Position numbers and translations under genes: made by a program. From the NCBI GenBank assembly GCA_005191425.1, contig SUPR01000033.1, forward strand, positions 1 to 32,000: a DNA stretch of 32,000 bases, read 5' to 3'. This document shows positions 20,066 to 31,032 of this stretch, piece by piece. Source of the DNA: Candidatus Helarchaeota ASGARD archaeon Hel_GB_B. Lineage in GTDB: Archaea > Asgardarchaeota > Lokiarchaeia > Helarchaeales > HEL-GB-B. How positions within the stretch are numbered: the stretch's first letter is position 1; each line of letters begins with the position of its first letter. The notes under the pieces were generated by a model. That model searched no databases. It saw only the letters and a list, made by a program, of their open reading frames with translations, and had not been told where the DNA came from.

Positions 20066-21700
20066 TTGTCAATATTTGAATTAATAAGAGCTAGCGGTCT
20101 TGGTAGACTTGGTAAGTTAATTACCTCAAATGGTACTGTTTATACTCCAGAGTTAATGCCTGTATTTAACCCAAATAAACCTTTAATCAGTACCAAGGAA
20201 TTAATTAAAGAATTTAAAATTAAAATTTTGATAACGAATGCGTATATTATATATAGAACACCACACCTAAAATCAGAAGCTGAAAAAGGAATTCATAATT
20301 TAATTGAATTTCCTGGGGTAATTATGCTTGATTCAGGAGCTTATCAAGCATGGATGTATAAAAAAGATTTATCAGTTTCTAATAAAGAAATTATAGAATT
20401 CCAAGATTTACTTAGACCAAATATAGCAACTATTTTAGACATTTTCACAGATACTGATGACTATGAAACTGCTAAAAAAGGAGTAATTGAAACTATTAAT
20501 CGTGCCAAGGAATGTATTAAAGTAAGAGATCAAGATAATCAAGATATATTATGGGCTGCACCAATTCAAGGAGGAAAATTTTTAGATTTAATAGAATATT
20601 CAGCAAAAAAGTTGTCAAAACTAGACTTTAAATATCATCCTTTAGGTACTCTTGCACCATCATTAATGAATTACGAATATCGTGGAGTATTAGATGCAAT
20701 TGCAACTGCGAAACTTAATATGAATAGCTCTCGTCCGCTCCATGCCTTTTCGATTGGGCATCCAATGTTTTTTTCGTTATCTGTACTATTTGGTAGTGAT
20801 TTATTTGATTCATCTTCATATGCACTATATGCTCAAAATAACAGATATATAACGACTTTTAGGACTTTTAATCTTAATGACCTGGTTGAATTTCCATGTA
20901 CATGTCCAATTTGTAGTAAATATACTCCAGAAGAATTAAAAAGAATGGACAAAGAAAATAGAATTAAAAATTTAGCAAAACATAATCTTTACGTTTGTTT
21001 AGGCGAAATGAAAATTATTAGAGAAGCAATTAGAAGGGATAAATTGTGGGAATTAGTACAATCAAGAGTTAGAGCTCATCCAAATTTAATTGATGCATAT
21101 TTTTATAACCTAATGAAATATCATAAAAAAATTGAAATTTATGACACGCTTACTAAACGCACTGCATTTTTTTACAGCGGATTAGATTCCTTATTAAGAC
21201 CTGAAGTATTAAGACATAAAAAATGGCTGATTGATCGCTATAGCCCCCCGAGTGCTTCTATTTTAATAATTTTAATAGATATTATTTTTAGAACGTTAGA
21301 ATCAAAATATTTTAAAGTATGGACTGAAAAAATTAAAGGAATTATCTATAATATAAATAATTTATCTGAAAAAGATATCCATTTTTGTATTTTATCTCCA
21401 ATTTTTGGTATAATACCGATAGAAATTGCAGAATCATATCCATTTTCTCAATATCTATATCCAAATATATTTTTTGAATCACTTTCAGACCATGTGTCAA
21501 GTATCTTTAAAGATTATATAAAAGCATTCCATACAAATTATAAGAAAATCATAATTTTTTACCCAGAATTAACTTTAAAAAAGAAAGAAATTTATAAATA
21601 TCCCGAAATTAAATTAGATACCCTTCCAGATGATATATTAAAAGAAAATAAGGTCTATATTGTTAAAAATATTGAAGATATCGAAAAATTACTGACTTGA
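20066..21700 (+). CDS. tgtA: tRNA-guanine(15) transglycosylase (archaeosine pathway), TTG start abutting the upstream stop codon
   Basis: MLDSGAYQAW, GGKFLDLIEYSAK, HPLGTLAPSLMNYEYRGVLDAI, FGSDLFDSSSYALYA, CTCPIC zinc site, VRAHPNLIDAY. Confidence 0.9.
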   Translation: MSIFELIRASGLGRLGKLITSNGTVYTPELMPVFNPNKPLISTKELIKEFKIKILITNAYIIYRTPHLKSEAEKGIHNLIEFPGVIMLDSGAYQAWMYKKDLSVSNKEIIEFQDLLRPNIATILDIFTDTDDYETAKKGVIETINRAKECIKVRDQDNQDILWAAPIQGGKFLDLIEYSAKKLSKLDFKYHPLGTLAPSLMNYEYRGVLDAIATAKLNMNSSRPLHAFSIGHPMFFSLSVLFGSDLFDSSSYALYAQNNRYITTFRTFNLNDLVEFPCTCPICSKYTPEELKRMDKENRIKNLAKHNLYVCLGEMKIIREAIRRDKLWELVQSRVRAHPNLIDAYFYNLMKYHKKIEIYDTLTKRTAFFYSGLDSLLRPEVLRHKKWLIDRYSPPSASILIILIDIIFRTLESKYFKVWTEKIKGIIYNINNLSEKDIHFCILSPIFGIIPIEIAESYPFSQYLYPNIFFESLSDHVSSIFKDYIKAFHTNYKKIIIFYPELTLKKKEIYKYPEIKLDTLPDDILKENKVYIVKNIEDIEKLLT

Positions 21701-21947
21701 TTTTAATCCAATTTATTCATTAAATAAGTTTTAAAAAAATTAAAAACAAAATTTTTAAAGCAAGTTTTTATTAAAACAAATACATTACACTATTAAATTT
21801 AATTTCTCATAAACAAAATAAATTTTTAATGTTTGTGTATTTACCTTTACATACTCTAATAATTATTAAAATCAATAATCAAAATAATTTGATTACTATA
21901 AATTAGAATTAATAATTTTTAATAATTACATTAACAGAGGTTATTAA

Positions 21948-22397
21948 ATGAGCGCAGAAAACAAATTTTATAGAGAGCTAGCTAATTTAATTGGTTCAAG
22001 AATTAAAGTCCAGACTAATTTAATTAATAATCAAGTTTATACGGGTACACTTGCTGCTTATGACCGTAATACAATGTCGCTGGTAATCCATAAAGCAGAA
22101 GACCAAGATGGGAATAAATACGAAAAAATTGTAATTTATGGACAATGGGTTCAATATATTATAGAAACAGAGAAACCATTCGATTTAAAAGGTTTGGCTG
22201 ATTCCCTTTCTAAATTATTTCCCCCTGGAGAGGTTGAATATATTGAATCTGCAGGGTCAATTATGATACTTAATAAAATTAAAGTAACTGAGGACGGAGT
22301 CCAAGGGGTTGGCCCACTGGCTGAAAGAGTACAAAGAGCTTTTGATGAATTTGTTGCTGAAAAGAAAGCAGAAAAAAAAACCAATAAAATAACTTAA
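21948..22397 (+). CDS. Lsm/Sm-like protein with C-terminal extension
   Basis: LIGSRIKVQTNLINNQVYTGTLAAYDRNTMSLVIHKA...KIVIYGQWVQYIIE matches Sm1/Sm2 layout; about 80-aa C-terminal domain. Confidence 0.82.
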   Translation: MSAENKFYRELANLIGSRIKVQTNLINNQVYTGTLAAYDRNTMSLVIHKAEDQDGNKYEKIVIYGQWVQYIIETEKPFDLKGLADSLSKLFPPGEVEYIESAGSIMILNKIKVTEDGVQGVGPLAERVQRAFDEFVAEKKAEKKTNKIT

Positions 22398-22412
22398 TAA
22401 TAGGTGTAAAAA

Positions 22413-22763
22413 ATGTTGCAATTTGAAACAAAAGTAATTAAAATTGAACCTACAGAAACTAGCGGAGTATCATTTATTTATTTCTCAAGCAATAAAGGCG
22501 AGTTAAAACTTGAATTGCCAGATAAAATAAATTATTTTACTAAAGAAGACGAAATAAAAATACGACTTGTAGATGAGGATAAACCAGAAGATGATGACAA
22601 ACTTTTTGTCAAGGGATTTATATATTCAAACACAAAAACAGAGAATGATAAAAGAATTATATTAATAAGTATTGGAGGTCTTATTTTTAAATTAGTCATG
22701 GAAGATAATTCAGAATTAACTAATCTTAAGCCAAAACGCGATATTTATATCGGCTTCAAATAA
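22413..22763 (+). CDS. rpoG: RNA polymerase subunit Rpo8/RpoG (Rpb8 homologue)
   Basis: FVKGFIYSNTKTENDKRIILISIGGLIFKLVMED...LKPKRDIYIGFK resembles the Rpb8 C-terminal region (YGxVYxI...VSYGGLLMRLxG...YLLMKK). Confidence 0.7.
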   Translation: MLQFETKVIKIEPTETSGVSFIYFSSNKGELKLELPDKINYFTKEDEIKIRLVDEDKPEDDDKLFVKGFIYSNTKTENDKRIILISIGGLIFKLVMEDNSELTNLKPKRDIYIGFK

Positions 22764-23380
22764 AAATAAATGAAATTTATCTGTAACATTAATTATTGTA
22801 ATATTAATTATAATTACAATAAATTTGATAAACAGATGGATAATATATATTTAGTAAATTTTAAATTGGTTAATTTATTATGAAAATAAATTACTAATTT
22901 ATTTAATTAAAAGTAATGGTATTTCTTTTATTTTTTATTTATCTCCTATTTAAATTTAGAAATTATACCTTAAAAGGATATGTCAAGATTTTCTGGTTTA
23001 AATTAAAAAAGAAATAATTTTATTAAATAAAAAATAAAAATTTCTAATTATCACTAAATCAGATTTAGCCAAAAATAAAATATATAACTATTTTTTAAAT
23101 TTTATTTAATTTTCCATAAAATTAATAAGTATTCTATCTAATTCAACTAATTAAACACTTTAAAATTAATAAATTTGAAATAAAAATTCTTCAATTTTTT
23201 GTAAACTAAAAATAGAGGAAATAATGGTGAAAAAATTTTTATAAAGATTTTAAGTACCATGAGATTGAAATTTCAAGTTTTTAGTTATACTTTTAATTTT
23301 AGAAAATTTTACATAAAAACGAATAAATTTTGAGTAATTAACATATAATATAGTAAAAAGTAAAAATAGGTGACCTTAAA

Positions 23381-25069
23381 ATGAGTCAGATAGGATCACT
23401 TGGTGGCCAACCTGTAATAATTTTAAAAGAAGGTACGAATAGGACTAGAGGTAAAGATGCATCGAGAGTTAATATAATGGCGGCAAAAGTCATAGCTGAA
23501 GCCGTTAAAAGTACTCTTGGTCCTAAAGGTATGGACAAAATGTTAGTAGATTCATTAGGTGATGTAGTGATCACGAATGATGGCGCAACGATTCTTGATG
23601 AAATCGATGTACAACATCCAGCAGCAAAAATGCTTGTCGATGTAGCAAAAACACAAGATGATGAAGTTGGTGATGGGACTACTACAGCAACTATTCTTGC
23701 AGGAGAATTGTTAAAACTTTCTGAAGATTTGTTAGATCAAGGAATTCATCCTACTACAATAGTTAGTGGCTTGAAGAAGGGTGGAGACAAAGCTCGAGAA
23801 ATTGTTGAACAAATAGCTATTGAAGTCGATATTAACGATAAAGAAATTTTGAAAAAATGTGCAAAAACTTCAATGAATTCAAAATCTATTTCTATGGGAA
23901 AAGATTATTTCGCAGATATCGCAGTTGATGCAGTTGATCAAATAAAAGAAAAACGCGGTGATAAATGGGTAGTAGATATTGACCAAATTCAAATCCAAAA
24001 AAAGCAAGGTAAAAGCGTAATGGACACAGAATTGATTAAAGGAATAATTATTGACAAGGAAGTAGTCCATTCTGCTATGCCCAAGAAAGTTGAGAATGCA
24101 AAAATACTTCTTATTGATTCAGCGTTAGAAATTGAAAAAACAGAATTCGATGCCGAAATCAGGATAACAGACCCTGCTCAAATGCAACAATTCTTAGACG
24201 AAGAAGAACGAATGTTGAAATCAATGATTGATAAAGTAATTGAAGTAGGAGCAAATGTGGTCTTCTGTCAAAAAGGTATTGATGATGTAGCACAACATTT
24301 CTTAGCAAAAAACAAAATCTTAGCGGTAAGAAGAGTCAAAAAATCAGATATGGAAAAATTAAAGCGTGCCACCGGAGCTAATATAATCTCAAATATCGAG
24401 GATTTAACTTCAGATGATTTAGGTAGCTCAGCAAAAGTCGAAGAGAAAAAAGTCGGCTCTGATAAGATGGTCTTTATTGAAGGCTGCAAAGACCCAAAAG
24501 CGGTCAGTATTTTAATAAGAGGCGGCGTAGAACATTTAACCGATGAAGCTGAACGTTCTCTACATGATGCATTATGCGTGGTTGCAGATATTATAGAAAA
24601 TAACAAAATAGTCCCTGGGGGAGGTGCCCCAGAGATTGAAGTTGCAATGAAATTGAGAGAATTTTCAGCAAGTGTTGGAGGACGAGAACAACTGGCTATC
24701 GATCAACTAGCATCAGCATTAGAAGTAATACCAAAAACATTATCAGAAAATGCTGGGTTAGATCCTATCGATATTCTTGTAGAACTTCGAGAAAAACATA
24801 GTCAACCTTCGGGGGTAAACTATGGCGTTGATGTATTCAGTGGTAAAGCAAGTGATATGGTAGAAATGGGTATAATAGAACCATTAGTAATAAAACTACA
24901 AGCAATTAAATCGGCAATTGAAGCCGCCAGTATGATTCTCAGAATTGACGATGTTATTGCAGCAAAAGCTAGTTCAGGCCCACCAGGCGGTGGTGGTGGA
25001 ATGCCAGGTGGGATGCCAGGTGGAATGGGCGGAATGGGCGGCTATGGTGGAATGCCCCCTATGATGTAA
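23381..25069 (+). CDS. thsA: thermosome subunit (group II chaperonin)
   Basis: [64 protein letters not shown]-terminal GGM repeats. Confidence 0.98.
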   Translation: MSQIGSLGGQPVIILKEGTNRTRGKDASRVNIMAAKVIAEAVKSTLGPKGMDKMLVDSLGDVVITNDGATILDEIDVQHPAAKMLVDVAKTQDDEVGDGTTTATILAGELLKLSEDLLDQGIHPTTIVSGLKKGGDKAREIVEQIAIEVDINDKEILKKCAKTSMNSKSISMGKDYFADIAVDAVDQIKEKRGDKWVVDIDQIQIQKKQGKSVMDTELIKGIIIDKEVVHSAMPKKVENAKILLIDSALEIEKTEFDAEIRITDPAQMQQFLDEEERMLKSMIDKVIEVGANVVFCQKGIDDVAQHFLAKNKILAVRRVKKSDMEKLKRATGANIISNIEDLTSDDLGSSAKVEEKKVGSDKMVFIEGCKDPKAVSILIRGGVEHLTDEAERSLHDALCVVADIIENNKIVPGGGAPEIEVAMKLREFSASVGGREQLAIDQLASALEVIPKTLSENAGLDPIDILVELREKHSQPSGVNYGVDVFSGKASDMVEMGIIEPLVIKLQAIKSAIEAASMILRIDDVIAAKASSGPPGGGGGMPGGMPGGMGGMGGYGGMPPMM

Positions 25070-25600
25070 AATATTTATTTCTTTTTTTTATTATTTATCT
25101 TATATTTTAGTATCAATACTGCGAAAGAACATTAATATCTTGATGGATTTTATAGCTTTTTGATAATGCTATTTATCTAAAATTCCTACTACACTATTAT
25201 TGACTATTTTTTCAGTTTTAAAAAACAAACTAAATATTCTTTAAAATGAGATATTCGTTCATCTTAAATATTTCAAATTGATTAAACCACTTCAATGACT
25301 AATTTGAACAATTGATGAGCGATTTGAAAACAAGGAAATAAATTTATCAGTTATAATTAATATAAAGAATTAAATACAAATAGATAAATCAATAAGTATA
25401 AATTTTAAAAGTTATCTGGAAGGAATTTAACATTTTACAAATTAAATATAACTTTTTAAGTCAATTAATTTTAAAAAAAATTAATTTATGAATTTAAAAA
25501 AAAGAAAATATATTATAAAATAAAAAAATTTTTGAAGAAAATTTGAATTGTTCTTTTTGATTTAAAATTATTAACATGATAAAATTAGCGGGTCAATCAA

Positions 25601-27115
25601 ATGAGTACATATGACGTTAATATTTTAGAAGTATTAAAAAATGAGAACGATTATATTACTCCAATTGAATTAGCAATGAAAGCTAATCTAAAATTAGAGC
25701 AAGTTCAAACAATATTACCAAGATTAGAATATTATAAAGCAATAGAGATAAAAGATGAGATTAGTGAATATATATTTTTAACAAAAGAAGGAAAAAAATA
25801 TTTAGACCAAGGGTTACCTGAAATTATTTTGCTCAAATATATTTCAAAATCAGAATGTATTTTAACAAAAGAATTAAAATCAAGTGACCTAGAAGATTTT
25901 GTTAAGAAAATCGGTATCAATTGGGCAAAAAAGAAAAATTATATTGAATTTAAAAAGAAAGACAAGGAATCTATAATTTGTTTAACTTCTCTGGGGAAGG
26001 ACGTAATAAATAAAGGATCGCAAGAAGAGAAATTTATAAATTTGTTCAGATCAGTACCTGAAATACTTACCAAAAATTTAGATAAGGAATATAATAAAAT
26101 TATAAACGAATTTAGAGAGAGAGGACTTATAGATTCTAGAAGTGAAAAAAATAGATTTGTTAAGATAAGAAAAGGAGTAAATATCGAAGATTTTAGAATT
26201 AAAGAAATAACCAGGTTAACTCAAGATATAATTAAAAATAAAGAATGGAAAAAAAGAAAAATAAAAGAGTTTGATATAAGTTTAAGTCCAAGAATTGTAT
26301 ATTCAGCTAAGAGGCAGCCATATCTTGAGTTTTTAGATGAAGTTAGATATTTATTAATTGGTATGGGGTTCAAGGAATATAAAGGACCTTTTGTAGAGGC
26401 AGAGTTTTATAATTTTGATTGTTTAAATCAAGCTCAAGATCATCCAGCTAGAGAAATTCATGACTCATATATATTAAAAAAACCAAAAGAAGCCGTTATA
26501 AAAGATATGGAATTAGTAGAAAGAGTAAAACAAACACATGAAAATGGTTGGAAAACAAATTCGTCCGGATGGGGTTATAAATGGAGTTTTGATTTAGCGA
26601 GGAGATTAATTTTACGATCTCAGACTACAGCAGTTTCCGTACGGACTATCTTAAAAGAGAAAAAACCACCGATTAAAATGTTTACTTTAGACCGGGTATT
26701 CAGGCCTGATGTCCTTGATGCAAAACATGCTCAAGAATTTGATCAATGTGAAGGAATTGTACTTGGGGAAAATCTGAACCTACAAAATCTTTTGGGAATT
26801 TTAAAAGAATTTGCATTTCAGTTAGGTTTTAAAGAAATTAAATTTAAACCAGGATTTTTTCCATTTACGTCTCCTAGCGTTGAAGCTTTTGTTAAACATG
26901 AAAAACTTGGGTGGATGGAAATATTAGGTTCTGGTCTTTTTAGACCAGAAGTACTTATCCCTCTTGGAATCGATTATCCAAAAGTTCAATGCTTAGCTTG
27001 GGGAGTAGGAATTGGTAGGTTAGCTATGGTAAGATTGGGATTGAACGATATTCGCGCTTTACATTCTCAAGATCTAAATTATTTAAGAAATTCGACTATT
27101 ATTATAAAAAAATAA
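25601..27115 (+). CDS. pheS: phenylalanine--tRNA ligase alpha subunit
   Basis: Archaeal/eukaryal-type N-terminal winged-helix region; EFYNFDCLNQAQDHPARE, FTLDRVFRPDVLDAKHAQEFDQCEG, FFPFTSPSVEAFVKHEKLGWMEILGSGLFRPEV. Confidence 0.96.
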   Translation: MSTYDVNILEVLKNENDYITPIELAMKANLKLEQVQTILPRLEYYKAIEIKDEISEYIFLTKEGKKYLDQGLPEIILLKYISKSECILTKELKSSDLEDFVKKIGINWAKKKNYIEFKKKDKESIICLTSLGKDVINKGSQEEKFINLFRSVPEILTKNLDKEYNKIINEFRERGLIDSRSEKNRFVKIRKGVNIEDFRIKEITRLTQDIIKNKEWKKRKIKEFDISLSPRIVYSAKRQPYLEFLDEVRYLLIGMGFKEYKGPFVEAEFYNFDCLNQAQDHPAREIHDSYILKKPKEAVIKDMELVERVKQTHENGWKTNSSGWGYKWSFDLARRLILRSQTTAVSVRTILKEKKPPIKMFTLDRVFRPDVLDAKHAQEFDQCEGIVLGENLNLQNLLGILKEFAFQLGFKEIKFKPGFFPFTSPSVEAFVKHEKLGWMEILGSGLFRPEVLIPLGIDYPKVQCLAWGVGIGRLAMVRLGLNDIRALHSQDLNYLRNSTIIIKK

Positions 27116-27131
27116 ATTTGAGTGATTATTA

Positions 27132-28850
27132 ATGCCAACAATAAATGTATCATGGGAAGATTTGTCCAAATTAATCTTAAAAGGACTAAATAAAAATGAG
27201 ATTTCTAAATTAGCATTCGAAGTTGATGAAGATATATTTTATAAAGATGATTTGGAAGAATTAATTTTTTTAAATAAAGGGGAAGTTGAAAGCTGGAAGG
27301 ATGACCAAATTGAAATAGAAGTTACAAGTGATAGAATAGATTTATTATCGACAGAAGGATTTTCAAGAGCAATTAGAGGTTTTTTGGGTATTGAAAAAGG
27401 ACTTCCTACTTATAAAGTTGAAAATTCAGGTATTGATTTAATAGTTGACCCTTCTGTTAATCAAGTAAGACCATTTATTGTTTCAGGAATTGTCGAAGGA
27501 GTAGAATTTTCCGATACGCAGGTAGCACAAATAATGCAAGCACAAGAAAAATTGCACGCAACTCACTCCAGGAACAGAAAACAGGCATCAATAGGACTCC
27601 ATGATTTGGATAAGATTGTACCACCCATAACATATTGTGCTAAAAAACCTGAAGAAATTAAATTTATACCCTTACATGAAACTAAAGAAATGAATGGAAA
27701 AGAGATACTTGAGAAAATCCCGAAGGGCAGAGAATATAAATACATAATAGAAAACGCACCAGTATATCCAATTTTACATGATTCAAAAGGGACCATATTA
27801 TCATTACCACCGATAATAAATTCCGTTGATACAGCAGTTACTCCAGATACAAGAAATCTGTTTTTCGATATTACTTGTTTAAATAAAGAAATTGCAAAAT
27901 ATGCACTGAACGTCTTAGTTTGTAACATTGCTGAACGAGGTGGACAAATTAAATCCGTCAACATCAAATATCCAGACCACACGGAAGTACTACCAGATTT
28001 AACGCCGAATAAAAGAGATGTCCACCTTGGTTTCGCCAATAAAGTTTTAGGTTTAAATTTGACAATTGAAGAATTAAAAGATTTAATCCTAAGAGCTAGA
28101 ATGGGCTTTAAAGAGAAAAATAAAAATACTTTAACCGTGTTAATACCTCCTTTTAGGTCAGATAACCACCATGAAATAGACATAGTTGAAAGTATTGCTA
28201 TTGCTTATGGATATAACAAATTTGAGCCAAAAATACCTAAAATTGTAACAGTTGGAGAGGAAGATTCTTTTGAGAAATTTATCAGAAAAATTACATACTT
28301 TTTAATTGGTCTAGGATTTCAAGAAGTCAACAATTATATAATGACGGGTAAGGAAATACAATTTAAAAAGATGAATATTGACGAATCTAAAACTAATTTT
28401 GTAGAAATTAGTAACCCAATTAGTTCCAGCTTTGCTATATTGAGGAACGATTTATTACCAATCAATTTAGATTTCTTATCGAAAAATACCCACGTAAATT
28501 TACCTATAAAGATTTTTGAGATAGGAGATATAGTCGAAATTGACGAATCGCTTGAAACTAAAACTAAACAGACCAGGCAGTTGGCTGTGCTATATACGGA
28601 TTATTCTGTATCATTTGAAAATATCCAAGCAGCTTTATTTGCACTTATGAAATATTTGAATATAGATTTTAAATTAGTAAAGTTGAAGAATACCACATAT
28701 ATCAATGGACGCGCCGCTAATATTGTGAACAATGGTGAAATTATAGGCGATCTCGGTGAAATTTCGTTAGAAATACTTGAGAATTTTGATTTGATCAATC
28801 CAGTCGCTGCTTTTCGGTTAAATTTAACAACATTATATAAATTAATTTGA
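27132..28850 (+). CDS. pheT: phenylalanine--tRNA ligase beta subunit
   Basis: IEVTSDRIDLLSTEGFSRAIRGFLGIEKGLPTY, LPPIINSVDTAVTPDTRNLFFDITC, PPFRSDNHHEIDIVESIAIAYGYNKFEP. Confidence 0.95.
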   Translation: MPTINVSWEDLSKLILKGLNKNEISKLAFEVDEDIFYKDDLEELIFLNKGEVESWKDDQIEIEVTSDRIDLLSTEGFSRAIRGFLGIEKGLPTYKVENSGIDLIVDPSVNQVRPFIVSGIVEGVEFSDTQVAQIMQAQEKLHATHSRNRKQASIGLHDLDKIVPPITYCAKKPEEIKFIPLHETKEMNGKEILEKIPKGREYKYIIENAPVYPILHDSKGTILSLPPIINSVDTAVTPDTRNLFFDITCLNKEIAKYALNVLVCNIAERGGQIKSVNIKYPDHTEVLPDLTPNKRDVHLGFANKVLGLNLTIEELKDLILRARMGFKEKNKNTLTVLIPPFRSDNHHEIDIVESIAIAYGYNKFEPKIPKIVTVGEEDSFEKFIRKITYFLIGLGFQEVNNYIMTGKEIQFKKMNIDESKTNFVEISNPISSSFAILRNDLLPINLDFLSKNTHVNLPIKIFEIGDIVEIDESLETKTKQTRQLAVLYTDYSVSFENIQAALFALMKYLNIDFKLVKLKNTTYINGRAANIVNNGEIIGDLGEISLEILENFDLINPVAAFRLNLTTLYKLI

Positions 28851-28857
28851 GATTTAA

Positions 28858-29580
28858 ATGTATGCTATAAATTATACTAAATATTGCCAAGGACTCATTG
28901 AAAAAGTTAAAAATAATTACTGGAGAGTTAAAAAACTCTCAAAATTAGATTTTAATAAAGACATCTTTTATTTAGTAGAAAAAACAAAAACTACTCCCAT
29001 TATAGTTTTAAGGCAAAAACTAAAAGTTTTAGGCTATACAAATAAACAAATTAAAAGCATTATTAATTTAAATTTGAGTATGATCCCAAATAAACTTAAA
29101 GATGAAGTTCTGCTCGCAATATATAATGACCCAGTCTATTCACCAATAGGAATAAAATATTTTGATGCTTTAGGCAGAGAAGGAGAAAATATTATAAAAG
29201 AATGGCTAGAGTCTCAGAATATTACATTTAAAAGAGACCCACGTAATAGTAAAACGGGCATGCCAGATTTTGTGTTAGAAAAAAAAATTCAAATTTTTAA
29301 ACACGAGGTCAAATGGATAGAAAGTAAATGTACTTATGGAGATTTTATTGCCCAAAAAAATAATTTTAAACAATTTACACGATTTGACGACTTTTTTGGA
29401 AATTATGGATGTATTGTCTATTGGTTTGGATATGAAAAAAATAATAAATTTAAAAAAAGGTTAATATTAACATGGAATGAAATGCTAAAATTGACTCCAA
29501 ACTTTTTACATCCACGAATTAAGAAATTAATTTCTGAAATACCTGAAGAGTTTGAATATCTGCTAATTGACATTGAATAA
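28858..29580 (+). CDS. PD-(D/E)XK nuclease-like protein related to eukaryotic CDIN1/C15orf41 (TPD-motif family)
   Basis: DPVYSPIGIKYFDALGREGENIIKEWLESQNITFKRDPRNSKTGMPDFVL...HEVKWIESKCTYGD...FGNYGCIVYWFGY parallels the recalled human C15orf41 layout (CYGPL...G.E.E..L...L.FL...G..KTPDF.L.. ...WIESKASFGD...FG.GLVIYWYG). Confidence 0.75.
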   Translation: MYAINYTKYCQGLIEKVKNNYWRVKKLSKLDFNKDIFYLVEKTKTTPIIVLRQKLKVLGYTNKQIKSIINLNLSMIPNKLKDEVLLAIYNDPVYSPIGIKYFDALGREGENIIKEWLESQNITFKRDPRNSKTGMPDFVLEKKIQIFKHEVKWIESKCTYGDFIAQKNNFKQFTRFDDFFGNYGCIVYWFGYEKNNKFKKRLILTWNEMLKLTPNFLHPRIKKLISEIPEEFEYLLIDIE

Positions 29581-29594
29581 TGGCTTTTTTTATC

Positions 29595-30275
29595 CTATAG
29601 GTTGAGAATAGTCTCTGATTTAATAAATTTAATACCATTTTTTGTCATGTCAGTTAATACTTTCGAGATATTTCCTTCAGGCGAATCTATTCCACGAGTT
29701 AAATCTATAATAATGTAGACATCAAAGCCCAGTTTTTTCCCGTCAATCGCTGTGAAATATACACAATAATCAAGAGCAAGCCCTGCAATAAATATCCTTT
29801 TTATATTTAATGAACTTAGGTACCCAGAGAGCCCAGTTAATGTTTTTCCATCATTTTCCACAAAACCCGAATAACTATCAATTTGAGGGTTTGTGCCTTT
29901 TCTAATAATTGCGTCAGCAAGGTCTGTATTTAAGGCTTCGTGAAATTCAGCCCCTTTTTGACCTTGAACACAATGGTCGGGCCATAATACCGGGCCAATT
30001 CCAAGTGCGCAGTATTCATCAAAAGGATTTTTTCCAGGATGTACTGATGCAAACGATTTGTGATTTTTAGGGTGCCAATCCTGTGTTAAAGCTATCTTTA
30101 ATCCGGCTTCTTTAAATTTTTGTGCAACTTTATTTACATCACTAATTATTTCGTCCCCTTTTTCTACTGGTAGTCTTCCTCCTGGAATGAAATCATTCTG
30201 AATATCGACTACAATTAATGCATCGTTCTTTAATAATTCAATATTAGTTTCAAAATTAATATCAGAATAATTCAT
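29595..30275 (-). CDS. pncA: nicotinamidase
   Basis: ALIVVDIQNDFIPGGRLPV, TQDWHPKNHKSFAS, WPDHCVQGQKGAEFH, IAGLALDYCVYFTAIDGKKLGFDV. Confidence 0.95.
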   Translation of the reverse strand: MNYSDINFETNIELLKNDALIVVDIQNDFIPGGRLPVEKGDEIISDVNKVAQKFKEAGLKIALTQDWHPKNHKSFASVHPGKNPFDEYCALGIGPVLWPDHCVQGQKGAEFHEALNTDLADAIIRKGTNPQIDSYSGFVENDGKTLTGLSGYLSSLNIKRIFIAGLALDYCVYFTAIDGKKLGFDVYIIIDLTRGIDSPEGNISKVLTDMTKNGIKFIKSETILNL

Positions 30276-30398
30276 ATTAATAATTATAATTTTTTATCAA
30301 AAATAATTTTTTCCATAATTTACAATTGTTTAAATATTTTGTTAGTACAATATTTGCAAATTATTATTGAAAAAATAAAATTTTTTTTGGAATATAAA

Positions 30399-30677
30399 AT
30401 GAGTAATTTAGACAATAATAATAAACAAATAAAAAGTAAAGAAGAGATTTTTTATCAAGATACACCAAAAGAACTAATAGAATACTATAAAAAAATAAAT
30501 AAAAAAAGAATTTGTGTGTTTTGCTACAAACATGAAGTACCTAATAATGCAATGGCAGATATTTGTAAGGAATGTTGGGAGAAATTTATTAGATCAAGTT
30601 ATAATGAAATATTAAAAAAAGATCCTAATGAAAATCAAGATAATAAAAGAAGAGAAAAAAAAGAGTTTTTTCTATGA
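30399..30677 (+). CDS. small zinc-finger-like hypothetical protein
   Basis: MSNLDNNN... with CVFCYKHEVPNNAMADICKEC (CxxC...CxxC). ATG at 30399 preferred over the track start at 30339. Confidence 0.5.
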   Translation: MSNLDNNNKQIKSKEEIFYQDTPKELIEYYKKINKKRICVFCYKHEVPNNAMADICKECWEKFIRSSYNEILKKDPNENQDNKRREKKEFFL

Positions 30678-31032
30678 GGACACTACTATAAATAGATGTA
30701 AAGAATGTAAGTCAGAAAATTAATTAGGATCGTTTCAAACCAAAATTCAATAAATTCAGACCTTTTAGCCAAAAAATTAAGTTGAAACTTAGAAACATAA
30801 AAGATAATTAATATGATAATTTAGAAGATAACGTTATATTTTTTCATTTACGATTTTTATAGTTTCAAGCCAAATGTCATTATAAAATAAATTTAATAAA
30901 AAATATTGACCATCTTCTTTATATACGCTAATAAATAAATAAATTTTAAAATGACGAATCCTATAATTTTAGTAGAATGATAGGTACTTTCCTTCATAGA
31001 GGGCACCTTGATTAAAAGATGATAGCGTGTGC

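Noticed and set aside
22764-23380. Long AT-rich intergenic region before the thermosome gene, and 25070-25600 after it
   Set aside because: Probably promoter/leader and terminator space. I found no tRNA, clear repeat or convincing hairpin array.
23386-24606. ORFs antisense to the thermosome gene
   Set aside because: Shadow frames of a highly conserved gene; no independent support.
24990-25069. GGM-rich low-complexity repeat
   Set aside because: Standard C-terminal tail of group II chaperonins, not a novel repeat.
27563-28183. 206-aa ORF antisense to pheT
   Set aside because: Long, but it mirrors conserved pheT codons and has no recognisable domain.
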